Positions 37,663-50,517 of a stretch of DNA of 54,692 nt are shown piece after piece (the first letter of the stretch is position 1; every line of letters begins with the position of its first letter). Source of the stretch: Octopus sinensis (taxonomy: Eukaryota); NCBI RefSeq assembly GCF_006345805.1, contig NW_021833794.1, forward strand, positions 1-54,692. Reading direction: 5' to 3'. The notes under the pieces were generated by a model. That model was not told the DNA's origin. It ran no database searches and saw only the letters and a program-made list of their open reading frames with translations. A program made the translations under genes and the position numbers.

Positions 37663-37929
37663 ATAAAATTAAATATAAAATGCGCTCTTTTAAAGCCTAG
37701 CCAGGCTCATGGGCTTGGTTTCCCTGTTTAAATGGCGTTTGTATTACCCAGCTGGACGGGACGCCAGTCCATCGCAGCGTTACTCATTTTTGCCAGCTGA
37801 GTGGACTGGAGCAACGTGAAATGAAGTGCTTTGGTCAAGAACACAACGGGTCGCCCGGTCCAAGGAATCGAAACCACAATCTTACGATCATGATGCTGAT
37901 ACCCTAACCACTAGGCTACGTGCCTCCAC
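37663..37929 (-). mobile_element. CORE-like SINE (family D head) with V-domain-like tail
   Basis: CORE-like block then ctgcgatggactggcgtcccgtccag; 13-bp TSD GTAGTAAAATATA at 37650-37662 and 37930-37942. Confidence 0.85.
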
Positions 37930-38273
37930 GTAGTAAAATATACACTGCCTAAATAAATTCTATCAGGAATACGACCAATAATAATAATAACAACAATGAT
38001 GATGATGATGATGATGATGATGATAATCCTTTATGGTATAGACACATGGCCTGAATTTTTGTTGGGGGGGGGGCGGGAGCAAAATCGATCACATCGGCCC
38101 CGATACTCAACTGGGACTTAATTTATCGGCCCTGAAAAGAGGAAAGGTAAAGTCGACCTCGGCGGAATTTGAATTCAGAAATTAATGCCGGACGAAATGC
38201 TTGCAAAGAATATTGTTCGGCGTAGTCGTCGTCGTAGTAGCAGCAGCAGCAGCGGTAGTAGTAGTAGTAGAAT

Positions 38274-38326
<53 letters not shown>

Positions 38327-38495
38327 ATAATAATAATAATAACAACAATAACAATAGTAATAGTAATAGTTGTAATAATAATAATAATATAATGATAATA
38401 ATAATATGAATAATAATAATATAATAAATAATAATATAAAACAACAACAACAACATAATAATAATAATAATAATATAGTATAATAATACTAATAC

Positions 38496-38531
<36 letters not shown>

Positions 38532-38563
38532 CAACAACAACAACAATAATAATAATAAATAAA

Positions 38564-38609
<46 letters not shown>

Positions 38610-38622
38610 TAATAATAATAAA

Positions 38623-39175
38623 CCTGATGCAGTACCAGGCAGAGGCTCTCATGGCTCTGAGCTTAACTGATTGGAAGTGTTATCATGTACATTGTTTTGT
38701 CTTGGTATAAAAGATGGGCTACAGCAAATATTCTGCTCAATACCACAGATTTGCTTGTCAGTTCTTTGACCTTTACCAGTTGAGCATGTCCCTTAGTGGC
38801 TGACGATATGTGCATCTCTGATCACGAGCAGAAGTAGTGGGGGAGCATCATAGCCATGTGTTGAGAGGGATTCTTTGGGGTTTGAATAGTTCACCTCTGG
38901 GAACATGGGTGTCTCGTTCAACATCCTTAAACAACCCTTATTCAGGGATCTTTTGAGTGGGATGGGCTACTCAACCTGAAGAAAATTCTAACTGGGCCTC
39001 ACCTGCAAGGTCATGTGCTGTTTATCTTGATATGAGATCACCATGTCGCGCACATATGGTTGTGATACATGTGCCTGGTGTACCTTTATCAGACGGGTAG
39101 TCATGATGGGTATATATTGGGCTTCGTATATTTTACCCCAGTGTCACTTTGATGGCATGAACTGCTCTCTCACTC
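38623..39175 (+). mobile_element. About 555-bp non-coding interspersed repeat flanked by (AAT)n
   Basis: cctgatgcagtaccaggc...ctgctctctcactc; other copies 47768-48323, 48351-48905, partial 33871-34425. Strand assigned from the AAT orientation only. Confidence 0.85.
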
Positions 39176-39280
39176 AATGATAATAATAATAATAATAATA
39201 ACAACACAACAATAATAATAATATAATAACAACACAACAACAACAATAATAATAATAATAATAATAATAATATAATAATG

Positions 39281-39314
<34 letters not shown>

Positions 39315-39328
39315 ACAACAACAACAAC

Positions 39329-39375
<47 letters not shown>

Positions 39376-39432
39376 AATATAATTATAATAATAATAATAA
39401 TAATATAATAATAATAATAATAATAATATATA

Positions 39433-39490
<58 letters not shown>

Positions 39491-40903
39491 TGCTATTCAA
39501 GTGCAAGCCATCTATATAAATAAACAAATAAGAAGAGAAAAAAGTAAAATAAAATAAAAACAAAATGAAAGAAAATATCAGTAAACTGTGCAAGTCTAAA
39601 CTACCAGTCTATACTCGTCGTAGAGTGTGGAACACATTAATATCGGTTGGATAGCCATCATTTTCGATTTTCGATTTGGCATTATGTAAAATGTAACCCC
39701 GTCCCGCCAGCGCCATCTGTTAACTGACTGAGAGTCAGATGTGAGAAGCTGAACACCGCCATTGCAATTCAAAACTGGAAGTACACACACGTACTCACAA
39801 ATGTATGCATATGCACCACGATATATGTACGTATATAATTGTGTGTGTGTATGCGTGCGTATGTGTGTGTATATACACATACGTATGTATACATGTATAT
39901 ATACATGTAAATAAACACATACGCATGCACATATTTTATACTTGTACATATGTATGTATCTTTACACACACACATATACATATATATATATATATATATA
40001 TATCAGACACAGCACAGGACATACACACACGCATACATAAATGCATATACATATATACATATGTACACACACAGACACATATAATATATATATATTATAT
40101 ATATATATATATATATAATATATATATATACAACATAAGTACATAAGCATACACATATTTATATGCATGTATATATATATATATATAACATACATACACA
40201 CAAACACACGCAGTCACACAAACACATACAGGTACAGACAAACACACAGACATTTATATACATACAAACATATACATACACACATTACATTCATACACAC
40301 ACAGAGACAGAAACAAACACACACACATTTATATACATACAAACATATACATACACACATTAGATTCATACACACACACACACACAGACACAAACAAACA
40401 CACACACATTTATATAGATACAAACATATACATACACACATTACATTCATAAACACACGCACACACACACTTACACACACGTTTATATATAGACACATAT
40501 TAAGTACTCGTGACACGTTCTCTTCTCTACGTTCTGATCATAATTAATAAACGTTAGCTCGTTGGAAATCTTGTTAAGTGCTGTCACTAATTACAGCGAA
40601 ATGTAGCCATGTATAAAACAACATTCTCCAAGTTTCCATGGTCGCTTAATGAGTTTTAATCATTCACGGTGTAATCATAACAATGAAAGCCAGTGAAGCG
40701 TGAAAAATCTACGTTCACGTATGTGTAATTGATTGTTAAAAGCATGTAACAGGTTGTTAAGCAATTGATTGCATATAAGCTATGTGCAAACGGCTGAACA
40801 AAATGGGGGTTACGCGTAAGCATGCAATAACGCTTCGCTGGCTGACGAAACGTGGAAAAGGGCTTTTGCTAACGGGCAAAGATCTATTTTTTAATTTTTC
40901 TTT

Positions 40904-40942
<39 letters not shown>

Positions 40943-41092
40943 GCTGAAGTAATTTTCCTTAATCAGATATGAATACTTATTATTTTTTTTTTTTTGGCTT
41001 TATCAGATCTCCTTACGATGAACATCGCTGATAATTGTCGTTCGGTAGAAGCATGTAAGCATCATCCATGAAAAAAGACAATTTATCTATGA

Positions 41093-41193
<101 letters not shown>

Positions 41194-41240
41194 AATCTCA
41201 TCTATCTATCTATCTATCTATCTATATCAATCTATCTATT

Positions 41241-41408
41241 ATGTTTACACCATTGTTCTGTACACGATTTCCTTTTTTTTCCTTTTTTTTCCTCTCTCGA
41301 TCCCTTTTGATCGCAACCTACATTTTTATTTTTTTCCACCCTCGAAAAGAAATCTCTGCATTTGTATTTGTCCCCTCTGTATTCAGCCCTGTGTGGCTAA
41401 TAAAGAAA
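41241..41408 (+). mobile_element. Tx1-like LINE 3' end in (TATC)n
   Basis: Same 3' terminus with AATAAA at 41399-41404; (TATC)n on both sides. Confidence 0.65.
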
Positions 41409-41424
41409 GTTATCTATCTATCTC

Positions 41425-41478
<54 letters not shown>

Positions 41479-41479
<1 letters not shown>

Positions 41480-42112
41480 GACGCGTCTGAAAGGATTGGA
41501 GACAACAGTTCCTCTCTGGTCAATCTCTCATCAACTTCTTCAAGTACCACTTGAAAAGGAAAGTGAGAGTAGAGAGGCAAGTTTTGTCTAGCGAATGTTT
41601 TAAAAAAAGATGGGTGAATGTAGCAAGGATGGCACGTATGAATGACGAAGCCACCATGAGCATAATCCTATGAACCCAGAAATTGAAAACAGAGGGTTAC
41701 CCACTTGCAAACAAATGTGGTAACATATAACAATATTGACCAAGGTTACCGTGGTCTTTTTCGTAGGCTTTTCTTCCCACGGATAAACCTTACTTGCTTT
41801 CCCCTTTACACCATACATCATAACACTGTGATACACGATCCCAATTGATCATTTTTTTTTCCTCTTCCCCCTTTTTCCCCCCTTTTTTCTTCTTTTTTTC
41901 ATTTCTCTTTTCTTTTGTTCCTTTTCCTTTTTTTATTTAAAAAAATTTTTTGTTCTTTTTTCCCCTTTTACGATCCCTTTTGATCGAAAACCTACCCCAC
42001 CTTTTTTTTGTTTCTTTTGTTTTTTGTTTTTTGTTTTTTCATCCCCCAAAAGAATTGCTCTAACATGTAACTTGTCCCATCTGTGTGCAGCCCTGTGTGG
42101 CCAATAAAGAAA
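41479..42112 (+). mobile_element. Tx1-like LINE, 5'-truncated, with ORF2 C-terminus
   Basis: 41521-41673 reads QSLINFFKYHLKRKVRVERQVLSSECFKKRWVNVARMARMNDEATMSIIL*, resembling Tx1/L1-group ORF2 ends; T-rich 3' UTR and AATAAA at 42103-42108. Confidence 0.65.
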
Positions 42113-42161
42113 CTTATCTGCCAGTCTATCAATCCGTCCATTTTTCTATTAATTAATCAGC

Positions 42162-42292
<131 letters not shown>

Positions 42293-42339
42293 ATATTATA
42301 TATATATATATGTATATGTATATATGTATATATACATAC

Positions 42340-42440
42340 ATATCTATCAGTCAATCAATCAATCATTCAATCAATCAGCCAATCAATTAATCAATCAATC
42401 AATCAGTCAATCGATCGATCCGTCTATCTCTTTCTCTATA

Positions 42441-42507
<67 letters not shown>

Positions 42508-42528
42508 ATCTATCTATCTATCTGTCTG

Positions 42529-42599
<71 letters not shown>

Positions 42600-42604
42600 G
42601 TCTG

Positions 42605-42665
<61 letters not shown>

Positions 42666-42740
42666 ATCTATCTATCTATCTATCCGTCTGTCTGTTTGTC
42701 TGTCTGTCTCTCTGTCTGTCAGTCTATGTATGTATGTATT
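42340..42740. repeat. (TCAA)n / (TATC)n / (TGTC)n compound microsatellite
   Basis: Direct reading; (TATC)n also at 27150-27245, 28440-28645, 41085-41230, 41410-41478. Confidence 0.95.
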
Positions 42741-42893
42741 TATGTATGCCTACATGAATATGGTGTTGCCTCTAGTATAGATCACAGCGAGATGACTGTT
42801 ATGCACTTTGAGCAACTGTCGATGTTTGCTAAGTTTTTATCATCTTATTCCAAGGATACTTATTAATCAATCGTAGATTTTTCTCTCATTATA

Positions 42894-43898
42894 TCTCTCT
42901 CTATATAAACGGCAGTTTGTCTGTCTGTGTGTCTGTCAGGTTGTACCCTCACCCTGACCACTGCTTTCAACCGATTCTGATGAAACTTGACACACTCATA
43001 GCCCACTGTCATAATTCAAAACTAACGCAGCAAAAATTTTGAAAAGTTCCCCCAGTTCTGAAAAAAAATCGATAAATTCGACATGGAGTCGAGAATCTAA
43101 GCTTTTTATATGCAACACATTTACTGTTGTAGTTTTCGCAACTTGCAATCGATATTCACCAAACTCATGGTAAAGCTTAATGTTAACCTAAGAAACTTAA
43201 TTCTGACGTTAGTTTTCCATGCAATACCTTACCATCAGAAAAAATCGATATAATCATGCCATTTTGGGAAACCGCGTTCAAATTCAAGATGACATATTTT
43301 CGACTATATCTTTCACAAATTGGCAGGAATTTTTTTTTAATTCACAGCGAGCATCATGTCTGCTCCAAGGAGCTATATGGCCATTTTTATTCCAATAGGA
43401 TACTTTATTACTGGAAAAAATCGGTTAATTAAATCATATGTGGCACACAGCAAACCGATTTGTGTATTAAACACAAACCACAGACTGTCTTGGGGACCCA
43501 ACTCGACCGTTTTAACTCTCGGAACACGTGGGGTAAGTATCTCAAAATGTATAAAAATGTACAAAAACGGCAAAAGAGCGGGCAGCAATGTGAGTGACAA
43601 TAACGAAAAAGTCAAAAGTGACCAAACTCAACAAAGAGTATTCGAATAACTTGCGGCAGCAGCAGCTATTAGCAGAAGTGGCGGTGTTGGGGGTAAAGTC
43701 TGGAATGTAATTTCTTCCTGGTAGGAATTGGTTGGGTTGAATTATCGATAGCTGTTTGATAGTTATTTGGGAGTGAAGAGAAGACATTGCAACCTACACA
43801 TGCGCCTTCGTTCCCTTGAGGGAAAGGACTAGATTGGGATTAGTCGTTGCCTACTAGGGGCTCTTACATACCCGGGCAACGCCGTGCTATGCTGCTAG
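42894..43898 (+). mobile_element. Non-autonomous Helitron-like element
   Basis: Starts TC after A, (CTGT)n near 5' end, subterminal hairpin cccgggcaacgccgtg (43871-43886), ends CTAG before T. Confidence 0.75.
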
Positions 43899-44267
43899 TT
43901 ACATATATAAGGTGTAGAGCTGGCAGAATCGTTAGCACACTGGGCAAAGTGCATAGCGGCATTTCGATCGCCTTCACGATCAGAGTTCAACATCCGCCAA
44001 GTTCGACTTTGTGTTCCATCTTGTCGGTGTTGATAAAATTTCGCCAAGGTCGACTTGGCCTTTTAACCTTTCGGAGTCGATGCAATAAGTACCAGCCGAA
44101 CACTGTGGTCGATGTAATCGACTAGCACCATTCACCAAATGTCAGGTCTTGTGTCTAAAGTAGAAAGTACTAGGAGAGTATTGTAGTTCGCTTGAAGCAT
44201 TGTGTATTGTTTGTAAAGAATAAAATGTTGTGAACGGTACATCAATGCTCTATCATACAAAAATGGA

Positions 44268-44467
44268 CTATATACCTGTTGTAATTTAGTTATCCATAGT
44301 CCAATGATATTTCGGAATAAAATTCCTTCTTCAGATATTCTTAGATGAAGTCGCTGCCGTTGGAAACCGATTATAGCAGCGACTCCATCTAAGAATATCT
44401 GAAGAAGGAATTTTATTCTGAAATATCATATGAAACTATGGATTACTAAATTACATCAAGTATATAG
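44268..44467. repeat. Foldback inverted repeat (about 90-bp arms) carrying hammerhead-like motifs
   Basis: 44268-44356 is reverse-complementary to 44376-44467 with scattered mismatches; each arm has CTGAAGA-A-GGAAT ttt ATTC(C/T)-GAAA-TAT-C. Confidence 0.9.
44395..44431 (+). ncRNA. Hammerhead-like motif with 4-nt palindromic stem III
   Basis: ATAT-CTGAAGA-A-GGAAT ttt ATTCT-GAAA-TAT-C-ATAT; stem I 4 bp, stem III AUAU can pair only as a dimer; mirror copy on minus strand at 44304-44340. Confidence 0.5.
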
Positions 44468-45248
44468 TTCTTTTTTTTGTATTATAGTGCATTGTTGTAC
44501 CATTGAAAATATTTTATTCTTTAGAAAGTATTATTTATGTTGCGAAATTTTACTCTAAATATTATTCCAAACATGAAACAAAATTATTGTCTTTAGACGG
44601 TGAGCTGGCAGTAACGTTTGCATGCCGGGCGAATGCCGGAGCCTCGTGGAGATTTAGGTATTTTCAATCAATAAACACTCGCAGTGCCCGGTCTGGGAAT
44701 CGAAACCGCAAATCTACGACCGCAAGTTCGCTACTTTAACCGCTGGGCCATTGCACCTCCACACACACACACACACACACACACAGACATATATATATAC
44801 GTATATTGATTTCAAATTATGGTACAACGGTTGTAATTTTGGGAAGTGGGGTAATCAATTACATCGATCCCGATGCTCGGCTAGTACTTATTTTTATCCA
44901 TCTCGAAAGGATGAAAAGCAAAATCGGCCTCAGTGGAATTTGACAGCAGAACGTAAAGTGGAACGAAATGCTACCAAGTACTTTGCTCGGCGTGCCAACG
45001 ATTCAGCTATTTCGCCACTTTATTGAATGAGGATATATTCTTTCCTACTCTAGGCACAAGGCCTGAAGTTTTGGGGGAGGGAGGCCAGTCGATTAGATCG
45101 ACACCAGTATGCAACTGGTACTTAATTTATCGACAACAGATGGATGAAACGCAAAGTCGACCTCGGTGGAATTTGAACTCAAAACGTAAAGACAGATGAA
45201 ATATCAATAAGCATTTCGCCCGGCGTGCTAACGTTTCTTATTCATTTA

Positions 45249-46322
45249 TTGCTCACAAGGGGCTACACAGAGAGGGGACAAACAAGGACAGACAAACGTA
45301 TTAATTCGATTACATCGATCCTAGTGCATAACTGGTACTTAATTTATCGACCTCGGAAGGATGAAAGGCAAAGTCGACCTCAGCGGAATTTGAACTCAGA
45401 ACGTAGCAGCAGACGAAATACCTGTTTCTTTACTACCCACAAGGGGCTAAACACAGAGGGGACAAACAAGGAAAGACAAACGGATTAAGTCGATTATATC
45501 GACCCCAGTGCGCAACTGGTACTTATTTAATCGACCCCGAAAGGATGAAAGGCAAAGTCGACCTCGGCAGAATTTGAACTCAGAATGTAGCAGCAGACAA
45601 AATACCTGTTTCCTTACTACCCACAAGGGGCTAAACACAGAGGGGACAAACAAGGAAAGACAAACGGATTAAGTCGATTATATCGACCCCAGTGCGCAAC
45701 TGGTACTTATTTAATCGACCCCGAAAGGATGAAAGGCAAAGTCGATCTCGGCGGAATTTGAACTCAGAATGTAGCAGCAGACGAAATACCTGTTTCCTTA
45801 CTACCCACAAGGGGCTAAACACAGAGGGGACAAACAAGGAAAGACAAACGGATTAAGTCGATTATATCGACCCCAGTGCGCAACTGGTACTTATTTAATC
45901 GACCCCGAAAGGATGAAAGGCAAAGTCGATCTCGGCGGAATTTGAACTCAGAATGTTGCAGCAGACGAAATACCTGTTTCCTTACTACCCACAAGGGGCT
46001 AAACACAGAGGGGACAAACAAGGAAAGACAAACGGATTAAGTCGATTATATCGACCCCAGTGCACAACTGGTACTTATTTAATCGAACCCGAAAGGATGA
46101 AAGGCAAAGTCGACCTCAGCGGAATTTGAACTCAGAATGTTGCAGCAGACGAAATACCTGTTTCTTTACTACCCAAGCGTAACTGATACTTATTTAATCG
46201 AACCTGAAAGGATGAACGGTAAAGTCGACCTCGGCGGAATTTGAACTCAGAACGTAACGGCAGACGAAATACCGCTAAGAATTTCGCCTGGTGTGCTAAT
46301 GTTTCTGCCAGCGCACTACCTT
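45249..46322 (-). repeat. Tandem array of head-less SINE family C units, 184-bp period
   Basis: Unit starts (tactacccac) at 45431, 45615, 45799, 45983, 46167; only the rightmost copy has an A-box head. Confidence 0.95.
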
Positions 46323-46829
46323 CGAATGAGAGTATATTACTGAATGATTTGTTGTAATATTTGATGGGAAAAAATTAGGATTTATGTAAATGGAGGGGGA
46401 CAAAATATGAATGAACTTGTCTGACATCCTTATAAATTTCATAACACTCCTAAAATATGAAAACCAAAGTACGCTCTGATTGCAATTGAAATCACAAGAA
46501 CATAAAGAGAGCTAGTCTGACAAGCTTGTCTACCGATTCCGCCATTTATTGCGCTTTACAATGAAGGATTCCTAAATAAGAACATAAGGAAATAGACTGA
46601 GGGAAGGAGAAGTCGATAAATTAAAATATCAGTGTTGTATCGTTACTTTTGTCTCTTCCATCAGGAACGATGATGAAGGCAAATGCTAACCTCGAAGCAT
46701 TTAAAACAAACTTACAATGTAAATCTACAAAACCCGATATTAAAAGACGTTTAGTCCAGTCTTTTACAGACGCCGACACTCCAACGCCCTTTGACAAAAA
46801 CGACAAAAATAAAAGCAACAATACCAATG

Positions 46830-46862
<33 letters not shown>

Positions 46863-47364
46863 TTAACAACAAAAACACCACAAATAACTCACAATAATTG
46901 CAACAACAGCTACACCAAGGTATTATGGGTATTTCTTATTATTTTGCTATTTTCTTTCATAAGTAATTTTATTTTTAATTGAATTATCTACTTCACTTCC
47001 GTTTTAATTAGATTTCAAATGATAATAATTATTTGTTCTAAATTATTTAATTACGTTTATCCACTAAGTTATTGGTATCTTATTGGAAATTGATGTTGAT
47101 TTTATTGTTAAGTGAAAACAGTCTTTGTATTATTTTGGTTTTTACTTTTCTTCAGATGCGTGCGCATTCGTGTATGTATGGGGTGGAGAAGACAGAATAT
47201 GGGCAGAAAAATAAGTATTTAACACGAGTGAGAGTGGAGGTGCGTGGCCTAATTGTCAAGTGTGTTCTGCTCACAATAGCAAGATCAAGGTTTGACTGGG
47301 AAGTGCATTGCGTTCTTCAGCAAAAGACTTCATTTCAGGTTGCTCCATGTCCACTCAGCAGTGA

Positions 47365-47767
<403 letters not shown>

Positions 47768-47768
<1 letters not shown>

Positions 47769-48905
47769 GCCCTGATGCAGTACCAGGCAGAGGCTCTCAT
47801 GGCTTCTGATCTTAACTGATTGGAAGTGTATCATGTACATTGTTTTGTCTTGGTATAAAAGATGGGCTACAGCAAATATTCTGCTCAATACCACAGATTT
47901 GCTTGTCAGTTGTTTGACCTTAACCAGTTGAGCATGTCCCTTAGTGGCTGACGATATGTGCATCTCTGATCACGAGCAGAGAAGTAGTGGGGGAGCATCA
48001 TAGCCATGTGTGTTGAGAGGGATTCTTGGGGTTTGAATAGTTCACCTCTGGAAACATGGGTGGTTCTTTCAACATCCTTAAACAACCCTTATTCAGGGAC
48101 CGTTTTAGCGGATGGGCTACTCAACATGAAGAAAATTCTAACTGGGCCCCACCTGCAAGGTCATGTGCTGTTTATCTTGATATGAGATCACCATGTCGCG
48201 CACATATGGTTGTGATGCATGTGCCTGGTGTACCTTTATCAGACGGGTAGTCATGATGGGTATATTGGGCTTCGTATATTTTACCCCAGTGTCACTTTGA
48301 TGGCATGAACTGCTCTCTCACTCAATAATAATAATAATAATGATAATAAATGCCCTGATGCAGAACCAGGCAGTGGCTCTCATGGCTGCTAATCTTAACT
48401 GATTGGAAGTGTTATCATGTACATTGTTTTGTCTTGGTATAAAAGATGGGCTACAGCAAATAGTCTGCTCAATACCACAGATTTGCTTGTCCGTTGTTTG
48501 ACCTCAACCAGTTGAGCATGTCCCTTAGTGGCTGACGATATGTGCATCTCTGATCACGAGCAGAAGTAGTGGGGGAGCATCATCGCCGTGTGTTGAGAGG
48601 AATTCTTAGAGGTTTGGATAATTCACCTTTGGAAACATGGGTGGTTGGTTCAACATCCTTAAACAATCCTTATTCAGGGACCTTTTTAGCGGGATGGGCT
48701 ACTCGACCCGAAGAAAATTCTAACTGGGCCCCACCTGCAAGGTCATGTGCTGTTTATCTTGATATGAGATCACTATGTCGCGTACATATGGTTGTGATGC
48801 ATATACCTGGTGTACCCTTATCACACGGGTAGTCATGATGGGTATACAGGGCTTCGTATATTTTGCCCCAGTGTCACTTTGATGGCAAGCACTGCTCTCT
48901 CACTC
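47768..48905 (+). mobile_element. Two tandem copies of the 555-bp AAT-flanked repeat
   Basis: 47768-48323 and 48351-48905 separated only by (AAT)n. Confidence 0.88.
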
Positions 48906-48964
48906 ATAATAATAACATAAAAAAATATCTTAGGAATGAGAACCCAGGTGCGAAATTTCCTCAA

Positions 48965-49010
48965 GACACCTGAAGAAGGCTGGAGAATATATCAGCCGAA
49001 ACTTTGTGTT
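48965..49010 (+). ncRNA. Hammerhead-like motif, probably inactive
   Basis: GACAC-CTGAAGA-A-GGCTG(10-nt loop)CAGCC-GAAA-CTT-T-GTGTT; stems I and II pair, stem III reads ACUU rather than palindromic ACGU. Confidence 0.55.
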
Positions 49011-49207
49011 AACAACAAACAAGATGAGAACAAATATCCGTCAAAAGTAAATAATGTAAATAATGTGTAAATGAGTAGGTCAATGACATAATTTCGTCCA
49101 ATTTATCGGGTAAGAAATGTTGTATTTCGGTCACACACATGTCATGCAATCGGGGTGACCGACCCTATGAGATCCTTGGACTCGAGACTATAATTCTTTA
49201 GGGACTT

Positions 49208-50026
49208 AAGGAGGCGAGTTGGCAGAAACGTTAGCACGCCGGACGAAATGCGTAGCCGTATTTCGTTTGCCGTTACGTTCTGAGTTCAAATTCTGCCGAG
49301 GCCTTTCATCCTTTCGGAGTCAATAAATTAATTACCGATTACACACTGGGGTCGATGTGATCGATTCAATCCCTTTGTCTGTCCTTATTTGTCCCCTCTA
49401 TGTTTAGCCCCTTGTGGTTAGTAAAGAGATAGGTATTTCTTCTGTAAGGCAGCGTGCTGTCAGAATCGCTAGCACGCCGGGCAAAATGCGTAGCCGTATT
49501 TCATATGTCGTTATGTTCTGAGTTCAAATTCCGCCGAGGTCGACTTCGCTTTTCATCCTTTCGGGGTCGTTAAATTAAGTACCAGTTACGCACTGGGGTC
49601 GATGGAATCGACTTAATCCGTTTGTCTGTCCGTGTTTGTCCCCTCTGTATTTAGCTCCTTGTGGGTAGTAAAGAAATAGGTATTTCGTCTGTAAGGCAGC
49701 GAGCTGTCAGAATCGCTAGCACGCCGGGCAAAATGCGTAGCCGTATTTCGTCTGTCGTTACGTTCTGAGTTCAAATTCCGCCGATGTCGACTTTGCCTTT
49801 CATCCTTTCGGGGACGATAAATTAAGTACCAGCTACGTACTGGGGTCGATGTAATCGACTTAATTCGTTTGTCCGTCCTTGTTTGTTCTCTTTGTGTTTA
49901 GCCCCTTGTGGGTAGTAAAGAAATAGGTATTTCGTCTGCTGCGATGTTCTAAGTTCAAATTCCGCCGAGGTCGACTTTGCCTTCTATCCCTTCGCGGTCG
50001 ATAAATTAAGTACCAGTTGCGTACTG
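49208..50026 (+). repeat. Tandem cluster of SINE family C copies
   Basis: Heads at 49208, 49446, 49693 and a head-less unit from about 49926. Confidence 0.88.
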
Positions 50027-50171
50027 AGACAAGGACACTTGCCCAAGGTGAAATCGGAACCATGTAGTTGAGAATCACGCTCCTTACCACATAGCCACAC
50101 CTGTAGCTCTAGAACTTTTTCAATTTATAAGTTGTGATATAATTAAGTTTTAATAGCTGAAATCAAAATAT

Positions 50172-50517
50172 GGACGGAATCAACGGAACAGCCTGCTCGT
50201 GAAATTAACGTGTAAGTGGCTGAGCACTCCACAGACACGTGTACCCTTAACGTAGTTCTCGGGGATATTCAGCGTGACACAGAGAGTGACAAGGCCGGTC
50301 CCTTGAAATACAGGTACAACAGAAACAGGAAGTAAGAGTGAGAGAAAGTTGTGGTGAAAGAGTACAGCAGGGATCACCACCGTCCCCTGCCGGAGTGTCG
50401 TGGAGCTTTTAAATGTTTTCGCTCAATAAACACTCACAACGCCCGGTCTGGGAATCGAAACCGCGATCCTATGACCGCGAGTCCGCTGCCCTAACCACTG
50501 GGCCATTGCGCCTCCAC
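50172..50517 (-). mobile_element. SINE family B
   Basis: 11-bp TSD AATCAAAATAT at 50161-50171 and 50518-50528. Confidence 0.9.

Noticed and set aside
41010-41060. CGATGA...GAAGCATGTAAG hammerhead-like string
   Set aside because: Both core halves mutated and no stem I.
42977-42990. CTGATGAAAC
   Set aside because: Core halves overlap with no stem II; lies in the Helitron body.
45431-46167. CRISPR-like regular array
   Set aside because: Units are contiguous with no unique spacers; eukaryotic SINE concatemer.
47158-47230. Strong-looking acceptor ttttacttttcttcAG followed by ATG
   Set aside because: No recognisable protein in any frame and it runs into a decayed CORE-like SINE.
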